DNA of 64,000 bases from contig DASTCJ010000114.1 of NCBI GenBank assembly GCA_035605575.1, forward strand, positions 1,285 to 65,284, in the 5' to 3' direction. Of the stretch, positions 45,179-53,739 are shown one piece after another. The position numbers and the translations under genes were made by a program. The DNA is from Candidatus Methylomirabilota bacterium (GTDB lineage Bacteria > Methylomirabilota > Methylomirabilia > Rokubacteriales > CSP1-6). Under the pieces are notes generated by a model. The model saw nothing but the letters and a program-made list of their open reading frames with translations, searched no databases and was not told the DNA's origin. The number at the start of each line of letters is the position of its first letter. Position 1 is the first letter of the stretch.

Positions 45179-46067
45179 GCGCCGTCGACATGCTAGCAGA
45201 CCGCGGCTGACGGCCCGCGATCTCGCCGACGCGCGCGACCGGGCATTCCGGCGGCGCCCCGCTCTGCGCGTGCGCACCGCTCGCGCGGCCGAGCGCTTTG
45301 TCGAGGCGGTCGGGTTCTGCTCGACCTTCCACTGCTTCTCCGAAGGCCTGCCGTGCCTGTGGGAAGCGGTGGTGGGACGCGCGCGTCCGCGCTGGCCGAA
45401 GCGCTCGCATCACGACGACGGCATCGGCCTCACGTGGCGGCTGAAGGACGACTTGCCGGCGGCGCGGCGTGTCTACTACGGCAAGATACTGAAGGGCCGC
45501 CCGCTGCTGGTCGCCCTCGACCTTTTTCCGGCTTTCTACGCGCTCGTCCGCGGACGCCAGCGTGCGCGTCACTATGTTGCCGAGTACGAGGCCGGGCGCC
45601 TCTCGCATACCGCGCGGCGGCTCATGGATGCGCTGGTGCGCGACCATCCGCAGTACACGCGCGAGCTTCGCGCGAATGCCTTCATGCTCGAGTCCGCAAA
45701 GACCCGCGAATTCGAGCGCGCGATGGCGGAGCTCCAGCAGGGACTGTGGGTGGTGAAGACCGAGGAGCGCTACGAGCCGACGTTTTCGTACCGCTGGGAT
45801 CTGCTCGAGTCGTGGCTCCCCGACGCGGTTCGCGCCGGCCAGCGGCTGTCGCGAAAGACGGCGCTGGATGAGGTGGTGAGTCGCTACGTGCGCGCCGCCG
45901 TGTACACCCGCCCCCGGGTGCTGGCGCGCCTCTTCGGTGTGCCGCTGAAGGAGATCGAGGCCGCCGGCTCACGACTGCTCCGCCGTGGAACGCTGATCGA
46001 CGCTCACGTCGACGGCTGGCCGGGACGGTGGCTCGTCGACGCCGATCTGGCAGCGCGCTTGCTGTAA
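45177..46067 (+). CDS. hypothetical protein, possibly a YcaQ/AlkZ-like winged-helix protein
   Basis: 296-aa ORF of reasonable composition. The family assignment is a weak recollection only. An alternative GTG start is at 45270. Confidence 0.5.
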   Translation: MRRRHASRPRLTARDLADARDRAFRRRPALRVRTARAAERFVEAVGFCSTFHCFSEGLPCLWEAVVGRARPRWPKRSHHDDGIGLTWRLKDDLPAARRVYYGKILKGRPLLVALDLFPAFYALVRGRQRARHYVAEYEAGRLSHTARRLMDALVRDHPQYTRELRANAFMLESAKTREFERAMAELQQGLWVVKTEERYEPTFSYRWDLLESWLPDAVRAGQRLSRKTALDEVVSRYVRAAVYTRPRVLARLFGVPLKEIEAAGSRLLRRGTLIDAHVDGWPGRWLVDADLAARLL

Positions 46068-46102
46068 TTCCGGACGGCCCAGCCGGGGCCCCGGAGGCGT
46101 CG

Positions 46103-46384
46103 ATGAGGAAACGCTTGGTGATCTTGCTCGCGCCGCTCCTTCTGGCAGGACCAATCGATCCACGCACGCCGACACCGCCGCCGCCGAGTGACGTGCACGT
46201 CGACCGCCACGTCGACGCCCACGTTCCCGCCCGCGTCGGCGAGCCGGCGACCAGCGGGTCGGAGACACGGTCGAACGACGTCGCTCCGGATCCCGCGCCG
46301 GGAACGGGTGTCTTTCAATCGACGCCGCCGCCGCCGGCGATCCAGGATCCGCGCGATCGGCTGTACCGCGATCGCCGCTACTGA
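46103..46384 (+). CDS. small secreted hypothetical protein
   Basis: Internal ATG with GGAGG 6 nt upstream. It has a signal-like MRKRLVILLAPLLLAG and is otherwise Pro-rich. Confidence 0.4.
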   Translation: MRKRLVILLAPLLLAGPIDPRTPTPPPPSDVHVDRHVDAHVPARVGEPATSGSETRSNDVAPDPAPGTGVFQSTPPPPAIQDPRDRLYRDRRY

Positions 46385-46456
46385 CGCGCGTTCCAGAAAT
46401 TACATTCACCGCCGTGACAGCGGGCTGCTGGCACGCGATTCGCTCGTTCCGGCGGT

Positions 46457-46882
46457 ATGAAACGGAAAAAAACTGCCCGGGACCAACGCGCCCGTAAGCC
46501 CGTCGACCCGACCGAAGGTCAGCGCATCGCCGAGCGCTCCGCTCGGCGGGGCGTGCCGGAAGAGCAGTTGGAGGGGCCACCGGCGGCGGAGACCGTCTTG
46601 ATGCGCTCCGACGCGGAGATCCGCGAGGAAGCCGAGGCGCCGGATCGCGCGCGACTCACCGGCGGCGACGTCGATGCCGACTGGCAGCGCGCCGGCGATG
46701 TCGGCGAGGAAGCCGTCGGTGGCTCCGTCGCGACGCCCGATCAGGATCGCGTCGATGACCTCGGTCGCGCGCTCGGTGTCCCGCGTGCGCCGGACGAGGA
46801 GGTCCGCACGTCGACCGAGATTCTCGAGGGACGGGACCGCAATCGCTGGGAGCAGGAACAGTCTCCAGGGGGTGAGCAATGA
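46457..46882 (+). CDS. conserved hypothetical acidic protein
   Basis: 141-aa ORF containing LTGGDVDADWQRAGDVGEEAVGGSVATPDQDRVDDLGRALG. I weakly recall this as a DUF family. ATGA overlap with the next gene. Confidence 0.55.
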   Translation: MKRKKTARDQRARKPVDPTEGQRIAERSARRGVPEEQLEGPPAAETVLMRSDAEIREEAEAPDRARLTGGDVDADWQRAGDVGEEAVGGSVATPDQDRVDDLGRALGVPRAPDEEVRTSTEILEGRDRNRWEQEQSPGGEQ

Positions 46883-47748
46883 GAGGGACGATGGCGCTGG
46901 TCGGTGGCGCCGGCCTCGGGGCCGGCCTCATGTACTTGCTGGACCCGGATCGCGGCGAGCGTCGCCGCGCCCGCCTCGGCGAGACGATGAGTGAGGCGGC
47001 GGAGCGCCTCGCGAGCCAGGACATGATGTCGACCGTCCGCAGCGCCGGGGCGCGTCTGGCGGGCTCGGACGTGGTTTCCGGCGTGCGGCGCGCGGGCGGG
47101 CGGATGGAAACACCGCGGCTCGTTTCGAAGCTGGCCTCCGCCGCACGTGACCCGCGCTCGCTGCGGCCGACATGGCGGCATGGTCGCCTGACCTTCCGCC
47201 GCCGCGAGTCGGGCCTGCTCGACCGTTACGGCTGGTCGTTCCTGGGTGTCGCCGCCGGTCTGCTCGCGGCCGGAGTCTGGGGTCTGTGGCGTCGCGAGCC
47301 CGACGAGGTCCGGGAATCGGTCACGGTGAGCGCTCCGCGCGAGCGCGTGTACGAAGAATGGACGCGCTTCGAGAACTTCCCACGCTTCATGCCCGCTGTG
47401 CGGGAGGTTCGCTCCAGCGGCGCCGATCGGACCCACTGGGTCATCAATGGTCCCGCCGGCACGCCGGTCGAGTTCGAATCCGTCGTCACCCGGCGGCAGC
47501 CGCCCAGCGCGGTGGCCTGGCGAACGGTCGAGGGCGCGCTCGTCTCACACGGCGGGACGGCACGCTTCCGGCCCGCCGGGCCTGGCGCCACGCGCGTCGA
47601 CGTCACCATGTGGTGGCGGCCGGCCGGCGGCGGCATCGGCGAAGGCGTGGCCACGCTGTCGGGGATCGACCCCGCGCGCGTGCTGCGCGAAGGCCTCGAG
47701 CGGTTCAAGGGCGAGCTCGAGCAGGGAACGCATGCCGCCAGACGGTAG
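46879..47748 (+). CDS. SRPBCC family protein with an N-terminal Gly-rich membrane-associated segment
   Basis: 289-aa ORF. The sequence APRERVYEEWTRFENFPRFMPAVREVRSSGADRTHWVINGPAG parallels the SRPBCC protein at 15981. Confidence 0.8.
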   Translation: MRGTMALVGGAGLGAGLMYLLDPDRGERRRARLGETMSEAAERLASQDMMSTVRSAGARLAGSDVVSGVRRAGGRMETPRLVSKLASAARDPRSLRPTWRHGRLTFRRRESGLLDRYGWSFLGVAAGLLAAGVWGLWRREPDEVRESVTVSAPRERVYEEWTRFENFPRFMPAVREVRSSGADRTHWVINGPAGTPVEFESVVTRRQPPSAVAWRTVEGALVSHGGTARFRPAGPGATRVDVTMWWRPAGGGIGEGVATLSGIDPARVLREGLERFKGELEQGTHAARR

Positions 47749-48541
47749 CCCGGTCCGTGTCGCGGCCGTGGCCGATCTGCACTGTGCGAAGGCCATGGCC
47801 GCCGGCACCTTCCAGCCGCTGTTCGCGCAGGTCGCCGAGCGAGCGCACGTCCTGGCGCTCGCTGGCGATTTGACCGACTACGGATCACCGGAAGAGGCGC
47901 GCCTGCTCGCTCGCGAGCTGGCGACGGCCAAGGTCCCGGTGGTCGCAGTCTTCGGCAACCACGACTACGAGTCCGAGCGCCAGGACGAGGTGAAGCAGAT
48001 CCTCACCGAGGCCGGCGTCACCGTCCTCGACGGCGACTCCGTGGAGATCCACGGCGTCGGCTTCGCCGGCGTCAAGGGCTTCGCGGGCGGCTTCGGGGAG
48101 CGTGCCCTCCAGTCGTGGGGCGAGCCGATCCTGAAGCGCTTCGTCCGCGAGGCGGTCGACGAGGCGCTGAAGCTCGAGAGCGCGCTGGCGCGGCTGCGCA
48201 CGCCGCACCGGATCGCGCTCCTGCACTACTCGCCGATTCGCAGCACCGTGGAGTGCGAGTCGCCGGAGATTGCGCCGTTTCTCGGCTCGAGCCGGCTCGA
48301 GGATCCGATCAACCGGTATCCGGTGTTTGCTGTCGTGCACGGTCACGCGCATCGCGGGACGCCCGAAGGGCGCACGGCGACCGGCGTGCCGGTTTACAAC
48401 GTCGCGCTGCCGTTGCTGCGACGGCACTACCCCGATCAGCCACCATTTCGAATCATCGAAGTGCCTGCGCCGCGCGCCGACGCCGCCACGGCGCCGGTGG
48501 GCGTCCACAGCGGGGTCGGCGTCGGAGCGACCGTGCCATGA
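47732..48541 (+). CDS. metallophosphoesterase
   Basis: Internal ATG. Motifs: AAVADLH, LAGDLTD, FGNHD, VVHGHAH. Confidence 0.9.
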   Translation: MPPDGSPVRVAAVADLHCAKAMAAGTFQPLFAQVAERAHVLALAGDLTDYGSPEEARLLARELATAKVPVVAVFGNHDYESERQDEVKQILTEAGVTVLDGDSVEIHGVGFAGVKGFAGGFGERALQSWGEPILKRFVREAVDEALKLESALARLRTPHRIALLHYSPIRSTVECESPEIAPFLGSSRLEDPINRYPVFAVVHGHAHRGTPEGRTATGVPVYNVALPLLRRHYPDQPPFRIIEVPAPRADAATAPVGVHSGVGVGATVP

Positions 48542-49353
48542 GCGAGCAGCTCTGCCCCGAGACCCGTGACTTCTACCGTCGCGCCATGGCCGCCCTCGAC
48601 GCGGAGGGCGTCCCGTTCCTCGTCGGCGGCGCCTACGCGTTCGAGCGGTACACGGGAATCGCGCGTCATACGAAGGACTTCGACATCTTCGTGCATCCGC
48701 GCGACGTGCAGCGCGTGCTCGACACGCTGGCCACCATCGGCTGCGAGACGGAGCTGCCGTTTTCGCACTGGCTCGGCAAGGCGCGGTGGGGGGACGACTT
48801 CGTCGACGTGATCTTCAGCTCCGGCAACGGCGTGGCCGCCGTGGACGACGACTGGTTCCGGCACAGCGTGGAGGCCACCGTCCTCGACCACGAGGTCCGG
48901 CTCATTCCGGCCGAGGAGATGATCTGGTCCAAGGCCTTCATCATGGAGCGCGAGCGGTTCGACGGCGGCGACGTGGCGCACATCCTCCGCGCCTCTGCCG
49001 AGCACATCGACTGGCCGCGCCTGGTGGCGCGCTTCGGCGACTACTGGCGCGTGCTCATGGCCCATCTCGTCATCTTCGGGTTCGTCTATCCATGCGAGCG
49101 GCACCGCATTCCACCCGGCGTCATGAGCGAGCTGTCGACACGGCTCCAGCGCGAGCTGCGCACGCCGGAGAGCGGCGAGCGCGTCTGCCGGGGCACGATC
49201 CTGTCGCGCGCGCAGTATCTCGTCGACGTCGAGCGGTGGGGCTATCTGGATCCGCGTGTGGCGCCCCACGGCAACCTCACCGAGCGGGAGGCGGAGACGT
49301 GGACGGCCGGCATCGCCGACGACGGACCGCCGGAGGCGCTGCGCGCCGCCTGA
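48538..49353 (+). CDS. nucleotidyltransferase-fold family protein
   Basis: Internal ATG (ATGA overlap). FLVGGAYAFERYTGIARHTKDFDIFV fits the GG...DxD pattern of pol-beta-like nucleotidyltransferases. Confidence 0.7.
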   Translation: MSEQLCPETRDFYRRAMAALDAEGVPFLVGGAYAFERYTGIARHTKDFDIFVHPRDVQRVLDTLATIGCETELPFSHWLGKARWGDDFVDVIFSSGNGVAAVDDDWFRHSVEATVLDHEVRLIPAEEMIWSKAFIMERERFDGGDVAHILRASAEHIDWPRLVARFGDYWRVLMAHLVIFGFVYPCERHRIPPGVMSELSTRLQRELRTPESGERVCRGTILSRAQYLVDVERWGYLDPRVAPHGNLTEREAETWTAGIADDGPPEALRAA

Positions 49354-49393
49354 TCGCGTAGAATCCCGGCCATCCACTCCGGGAGGTGCTGGG

Positions 49394-49786
49394 ATGCCGA
49401 AGATCGAGAAGTTTTCCGCGGTCGGGATGTTCGATCCGCCGACGTACAGCCAGGGCATCAAGGTCAGCGAGGCGGGCACGGTGCTCTTCCTCGCCGGGCA
49501 AGTCGCTTACGACAAGGACGGCTCGGTGAAGCACGCGGGCGACTTCAAGGGCCAGGCCCGCGAGGTGTTCCGCTGCATCAAGTCGCTCGTGGAGACAGCG
49601 GGCGGCCGCATGGACAACATCGTGAAGCTCAACACCTACCTCACAGACATCCGGTATCGCGCCGACCTCGTGCCCATCCGCGAGGAGTTTCTCGGCAAGA
49701 AAGGACCGGCTTCGACGCTCGTGCAGGTGTCGGCGCTGGCCCACCCCGACTGGCTCATCGAGGTCGAAGCCATCGCCGTGCTGTAG
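49394..49786 (+). CDS. RidA/YjgF family protein
   Basis: Internal ATG with GGGAGG 7 nt upstream. Typical sequence: LFLAGQVA...NIVKLNTYLTD...ASTLVQVSALAHPDWLIEVEAIAV. Confidence 0.9.
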   Translation: MPKIEKFSAVGMFDPPTYSQGIKVSEAGTVLFLAGQVAYDKDGSVKHAGDFKGQAREVFRCIKSLVETAGGRMDNIVKLNTYLTDIRYRADLVPIREEFLGKKGPASTLVQVSALAHPDWLIEVEAIAVL

Positions 49787-49789
49787 GCT

Positions 49790-50797
49790 CTAGCCGGCGA
49801 GCTTCGCCAGATCGAAGCGCCCGCGCGCGGCGCGGGCGGTGACGGGTGCCCAGAGATCGCCAAGCTTGCGAACGCGGGCGGGCACGTTGTCCATGCGGAA
49901 GTCTTCGATGGTGGCGCCGCCGGCGAGCTCCTCCCAGCTCACCGGCGTCGACACCGTCGCGCGCGGCCGCGGCCGCACCGAGTAGACGGAGGCGAGCGTG
50001 TGCCCCCACGCGTTCTGGTTGAAGTCGACGTGGACGCGATCGCGCGGACGCGCGTCCTTGCGATAGATGGCGGTGGCCAGGCGCGGATGGCGCCGCGCGA
50101 TGTCGACGGCGATCGTCTTGGCCACCGTCCACACCGCCTTCTGCGTCGGACCCCGCACGATCGGCACGTAGATGTGCACGCCGCGGCTGCCGGTCGTCTT
50201 CACGTAGGTCGGCATGCCGAGCTCGCGCAGGGTCGCGTTCACCACGCGCGCCGTCTCCACCACCTGCGGCCAGCGCACCTCCTCGCCCGGATCGAGATCG
50301 AAGTGCAGATAGTCCGGGCGGTCGACGTCGTCGCAGCGGGCGTACCACTCGTTGAGGTCGATGCAGCCCAGGTTGATGACCCACAGCAGGGAGGCGAGGT
50401 CGTTGATCACCGGAAAGTCGATGATGTTGCCCGACGAGTGCTCGATCGCGCACGTCTCGATCCACGCGGGGCGCGGCGCGGGCGCGCGCTTCATGAAGAA
50501 GAACTCGCCGGTGGCGCCGTTCGGATAGCGCTTCATCACCATGGCGCGATCGCGGATGTGCGGCAGGAGCGCCGGCGCCAGCTCGGCGTAGTAGCGCACG
50601 AGGTCGCCCTTGGTGAGGCCCTCCTCGAGCCAGAACACCTTCTTCAGATTGGTGAGCTTCACGATGCGGTCACCGACCGCCACCTCGACGTCGTTCACCT
50701 CGCGGGGAATTTCGACGCGCCGGCCGGAGCGGCCGCCACCGGCCGCGCGCGTGCGCGTGGCGGGGTGGTAGTCGCGGGTCGGCTGGGCGCGCGCCAT
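49790..50797 (-). CDS. stand-alone LigD-type polymerase/primase domain (NHEJ PolDom)
   Basis: 335-aa ORF. Blocks: KLTNLKKVFW, MKRYPNG, HFDLDP, YVKTTGSRGVHIYVP, RVHVDFNQN. Confidence 0.9.
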   Translation of the reverse strand: MARAQPTRDYHPATRTRAAGGGRSGRRVEIPREVNDVEVAVGDRIVKLTNLKKVFWLEEGLTKGDLVRYYAELAPALLPHIRDRAMVMKRYPNGATGEFFFMKRAPAPRPAWIETCAIEHSSGNIIDFPVINDLASLLWVINLGCIDLNEWYARCDDVDRPDYLHFDLDPGEEVRWPQVVETARVVNATLRELGMPTYVKTTGSRGVHIYVPIVRGPTQKAVWTVAKTIAVDIARRHPRLATAIYRKDARPRDRVHVDFNQNAWGHTLASVYSVRPRPRATVSTPVSWEELAGGATIEDFRMDNVPARVRKLGDLWAPVTARAARGRFDLAKLAG

Positions 50798-51387
50798 CAG
50801 CGGATCCGCTCGAGCCGCGGCGGGCGCACGCCATGGCGGATGGCGCCCGCCACCGGCACGTAGTCGAGCTCGCGGCCGGCGCGGACGCAGCGCAGCAGCA
50901 GGCCGCCGCGGCTCATGTCGCCGCGGCCGACGAAGTCGATCGGAAAGCTCAACCGCTCGCCGAAGATGCCGAGCAGCACGCCGACGTACTTGTCGGAGGC
51001 AATGGAGCCGAGCAGGGTGATCGTGTCGTCCGGCTTGAGCAGTGACGCCACCGCGCGCGCCGACTGCTCGAGCGGCCGGCGGTAGCGCGGGTTGGCCGCG
51101 TCGATGTCGACACGTGCGCTCGCGCGCAGCATGCCGAGCGTCACCGGCGCCTCGGCAGGGCGCAGCCCGGCGTCCGGCGTGATGACGAGCGGAACGCCGA
51201 ATGCCTCGGCGTAGGCGAGCTTGCCGCGGAAGTAGAGACCGGACACGAAGCTCATCACCTCGCCGAGGGAAGCCCCGCCCGCCGCGCGCAGTCGACGGGC
51301 GAGGGGGAACGCCGCCCGCGAGGAGAGGAGCAGCTGCGCGCGCTCGCCGCCGCAGTTCGCGGGCGAGAGGAGGAACACGCGGGCCAT
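50797..51387 (-). CDS. hypothetical protein (196 aa), translationally coupled to PolDom
   Basis: Clean ORF: MARVFLLSPANCGGERAQLLL...LLGSIASDKYVGVL...FVGRGDMSRGGLLLR. Its stop shares a base with the PolDom ATG (TGATG). No family recognised. Confidence 0.65.
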   Translation of the reverse strand: MARVFLLSPANCGGERAQLLLSSRAAFPLARRLRAAGGASLGEVMSFVSGLYFRGKLAYAEAFGVPLVITPDAGLRPAEAPVTLGMLRASARVDIDAANPRYRRPLEQSARAVASLLKPDDTITLLGSIASDKYVGVLLGIFGERLSFPIDFVGRGDMSRGGLLLRCVRAGRELDYVPVAGAIRHGVRPPRLERIR

Positions 51388-51427
51388 CGCTCAGCGTGCG
51401 CGCGTGGTCGTCACCGGCGTCGCGCGG

Positions 51428-51568
51428 TCACGGATCGCTGCAGTCGTGGTAGAAGCCGCAATTCGCGCAGACGATCTTGCACTGGCGCTCTTGCATCTCC
51501 GCGCCGCAGCGCGCGCAGGTGCGCGGGGCCGGCGTCCGCAGGGAGCGTGTCGCACGCGGAGCATCCAT
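51428..51568 (-). CDS. small zinc-ribbon protein (46 aa, two CxxC pairs)
   Basis: Hand translation: MDAPRATRSLRTPAPRTCARCGAEMQERQCKIVCANCGFYHDCSDP, then stop. It is below the track length cut-off and sits upstream of the 196-aa gene on the same strand. Confidence 0.45.
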   Translation of the reverse strand: MDAPRATRSLRTPAPRTCARCGAEMQERQCKIVCANCGFYHDCSDP

Positions 51569-52097
51569 GCCGTTACGATACACTTCTTTCATGCCCGAGT
51601 GGTCGGATCAACGCTTCCTGCAGACGGTCTTCGATGAGACGCGCGTGCTGCGCAAGCCGCTGCGCGGCATCATCAGCGGCTACCACGTGCTGCCGTACGT
51701 GCTGGTGGGCCCCTCGGCGTACGACCAGGCGTCCAAAGCCGTGGAGGTCCGCGGGCGCATCCGCGTGTCGCCGCGGCTGGTCATCGGGGGCGGCGCCCCG
51801 ACCTACGGCGAGCTGTTCGGCGAGCACGAGCTGATGGACGGCCGGATCGTCGCGCGCATGTTCAGCTTCCGCTACGCCTCGCGTGTCAATCTGGAGTCCG
51901 AGGAGCTGAAGATCCGTCGCTACGAGCGGGAGCCACCGGCCCAGCTCGACCGGGTGCTCGAGGAGCTGGCGCAGCGGGAGATCATCGACACGGCCGTGAT
52001 CTCGTCGCCCGACGCGCGGTTTTACCCGGTCTCGCTCGACCGGTTCATCCGCGAGATCCTGGACCAGGAGCTCCCAGACGAGTCAGGAGGCGGGTGA
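51567..52097 (+). CDS. hypothetical protein
   Basis: Internal ATG of track ORF 51477..52097, with an alternative ATG at 51591. Non-repetitive composition (…LRKPLRGIISGYHVLPYVLVGPSAYDQ…). No family recognised. Confidence 0.55.
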   Translation: MPLRYTSFMPEWSDQRFLQTVFDETRVLRKPLRGIISGYHVLPYVLVGPSAYDQASKAVEVRGRIRVSPRLVIGGGAPTYGELFGEHELMDGRIVARMFSFRYASRVNLESEELKIRRYEREPPAQLDRVLEELAQREIIDTAVISSPDARFYPVSLDRFIREILDQELPDESGGG

Positions 52098-52437
52098 GCT
52101 CCTCCGGGTCCACCGGCTTCACGACGTGCGCGTCGAAGCCGGCCTCCTCCGCGCGTCGCCGATCGTCCGGGTCGCTGTAGCCCGTGAGCGCCACGAGATA
52201 CGCGCGCGGCCCCGCCATCGCGCGCAGGCGGCGTGCCACCTCGTAGCCGTCCATGCCGGGCAAACCGATGTCGATGAGCGCGACCGCGGGTGTCTTGGCG
52301 CGGGCGATCTCGAGGCCCTGCGCGCCGTCGCCCGCGGCTTCGACGTCGTAACCATCCAGCTCGAGCAGCACGCGCAACGCATCGCGTGCGTCGGCGTTGT
52401 CCTCGATGAGCAATACGAGCGGCATGTGGACATTCAC
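52045..52437 (-). CDS. single-domain response regulator (CheY-like)
   Basis: 130-aa ORF: LVLLIEDNADARDAL...ALIDIGLPGMDGYEV...VALTGY...HVVKPVD. Confidence 0.85.
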   Translation of the reverse strand: MNVHMPLVLLIEDNADARDALRVLLELDGYDVEAAGDGAQGLEIARAKTPAVALIDIGLPGMDGYEVARRLRAMAGPRAYLVALTGYSDPDDRRRAEEAGFDAHVVKPVDPEELTRLLTRLGAPGPGSRG

Positions 52438-52468
52438 CGTACCACGCGCGCCAAGGCGGCGCCGCGCC

Positions 52469-52497
52469 TTGACACGTGAAATCGCCGGATGTTAAAC
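52469..52497 (+). promoter_or_regulatory. candidate promoter of the liv-type operon
   Basis: Exact TTGACA (52469-52474), a 17-nt spacer, then TTAAAC (52492-52497), about 36 nt before ATG 52533. A 7-bp hairpin CAAGGCG/CGCCTTG (52452-52471) overlaps the -35. Confidence 0.4.
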
Positions 52498-52532
52498 ATC
52501 ATGCGCAGTTACCCGCTCACGGAGGCTCCCTC

Positions 52533-53714
52533 ATGACACCACAAGCGCTCGGCGCGCTCGTCATCGCGCTTGCGCTGATCGTCGGCAGCCTGCCGGCGAC
52601 CGCGCAGGGCCCCATCAAGATCGGCGCGTCGCTGTCACTGACCGGCACCTATGCCAAGCTCGGCAAGAATCAGCACGAAGGGTATCAGCTCTGCCAGAAG
52701 GAGCTCAACGCGCGCGGGGGTCTGCTCGGTCGGAAGATCGAGTTCGTCGTGTACGACGACCAGTCGATGCCGGCCACCGCCGTTCGCCTCTACGAAAAGC
52801 TCATCACCGAGGACAAGGTCGACGGCGTGATGGGCCCGTACTCGTCGCCGGTGACGGAGGCGGTCGCCAACGTCACCGAGAAGTACAAGAAGGTCATGGT
52901 GTCGCCGCTCGCCGCGACCACGTCGATCTTCAAGAAGACCCCCCGCCGCCAGTACATCTTCATGGTGATCTCGCCGGCCGAGGTGTACCTCGAGGGCCTC
53001 GTCGACATGGCCGCCAAGCGCGGGCTCAAGACGGTGGCCGTCGTGAACGAGGACACGCTGTTCTCCAAGGCCGCCGCCGCCGGCGCCATGGAGCTGGCCA
53101 AGAAGAAGGGGCTCCAGGTCGTCTACCAGGAGGCCTATCCGAAGGGCAACACGGACTTTTCCGCGCTGCTGACCAAGGTGAAGGCGGCGAATCCCGACGT
53201 CATCGCGGCCGCGACGTACTTCGACGACGCGGTGGCGCTGACGCGGCAGATGCGCGAGCTCGGCGTCAATCCCAAGATGTACGGCGTGACCGTGGGCGGC
53301 GACCTGCCGGAGTTCTACGACACGCTGAAGCAGAACGCCGAGTACATCTACGGCGCCACCCAGTGGGAGCCGACGCTGCCCTATCCCGGGAACCCGGAGT
53401 TCTTCGACACGTACAAGAAGGAGTTCGGTCACGAGCCGTCCTATCACTCGGCGGCGGGCTACGCCGGCTGCCTCATCTACGCCGAGGGCGTGAAGCGGGC
53501 CGGCTCGCTCGATGCCGACAAGGTGCGGCAGCAGCTGTTGAAGCTCGAGACCAAGACGGCGTTCGGCGACTACAAGGTCGACGCCGACGGCTTTCAGCTC
53601 GCGCACAAGATGGTGACGTTCCAGTGGCAGGGCGAGAAGAAGGTCACCGTGTGGCCGGACGATCTCGCCAAGGACAAGCCGAAGTTCCCGACGCCGCCCT
53701 GGAACGCGCGCTGA
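52533..53714 (+). CDS. branched-chain amino acid-type ABC transporter substrate-binding protein (LivJ/K family)
   Basis: Internal ATG with GGAGG 7 nt upstream, plus a signal peptide. Sequence: IKIGASLSLTGTYAKLG...GVMGPYSS. Confidence 0.9.
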   Translation: MTPQALGALVIALALIVGSLPATAQGPIKIGASLSLTGTYAKLGKNQHEGYQLCQKELNARGGLLGRKIEFVVYDDQSMPATAVRLYEKLITEDKVDGVMGPYSSPVTEAVANVTEKYKKVMVSPLAATTSIFKKTPRRQYIFMVISPAEVYLEGLVDMAAKRGLKTVAVVNEDTLFSKAAAAGAMELAKKKGLQVVYQEAYPKGNTDFSALLTKVKAANPDVIAAATYFDDAVALTRQMRELGVNPKMYGVTVGGDLPEFYDTLKQNAEYIYGATQWEPTLPYPGNPEFFDTYKKEFGHEPSYHSAAGYAGCLIYAEGVKRAGSLDADKVRQQLLKLETKTAFGDYKVDADGFQLAHKMVTFQWQGEKKVTVWPDDLAKDKPKFPTPPWNAR

Positions 53715-53739
53715 GACGCTCGCGAGAGCCGGCGCTCGC

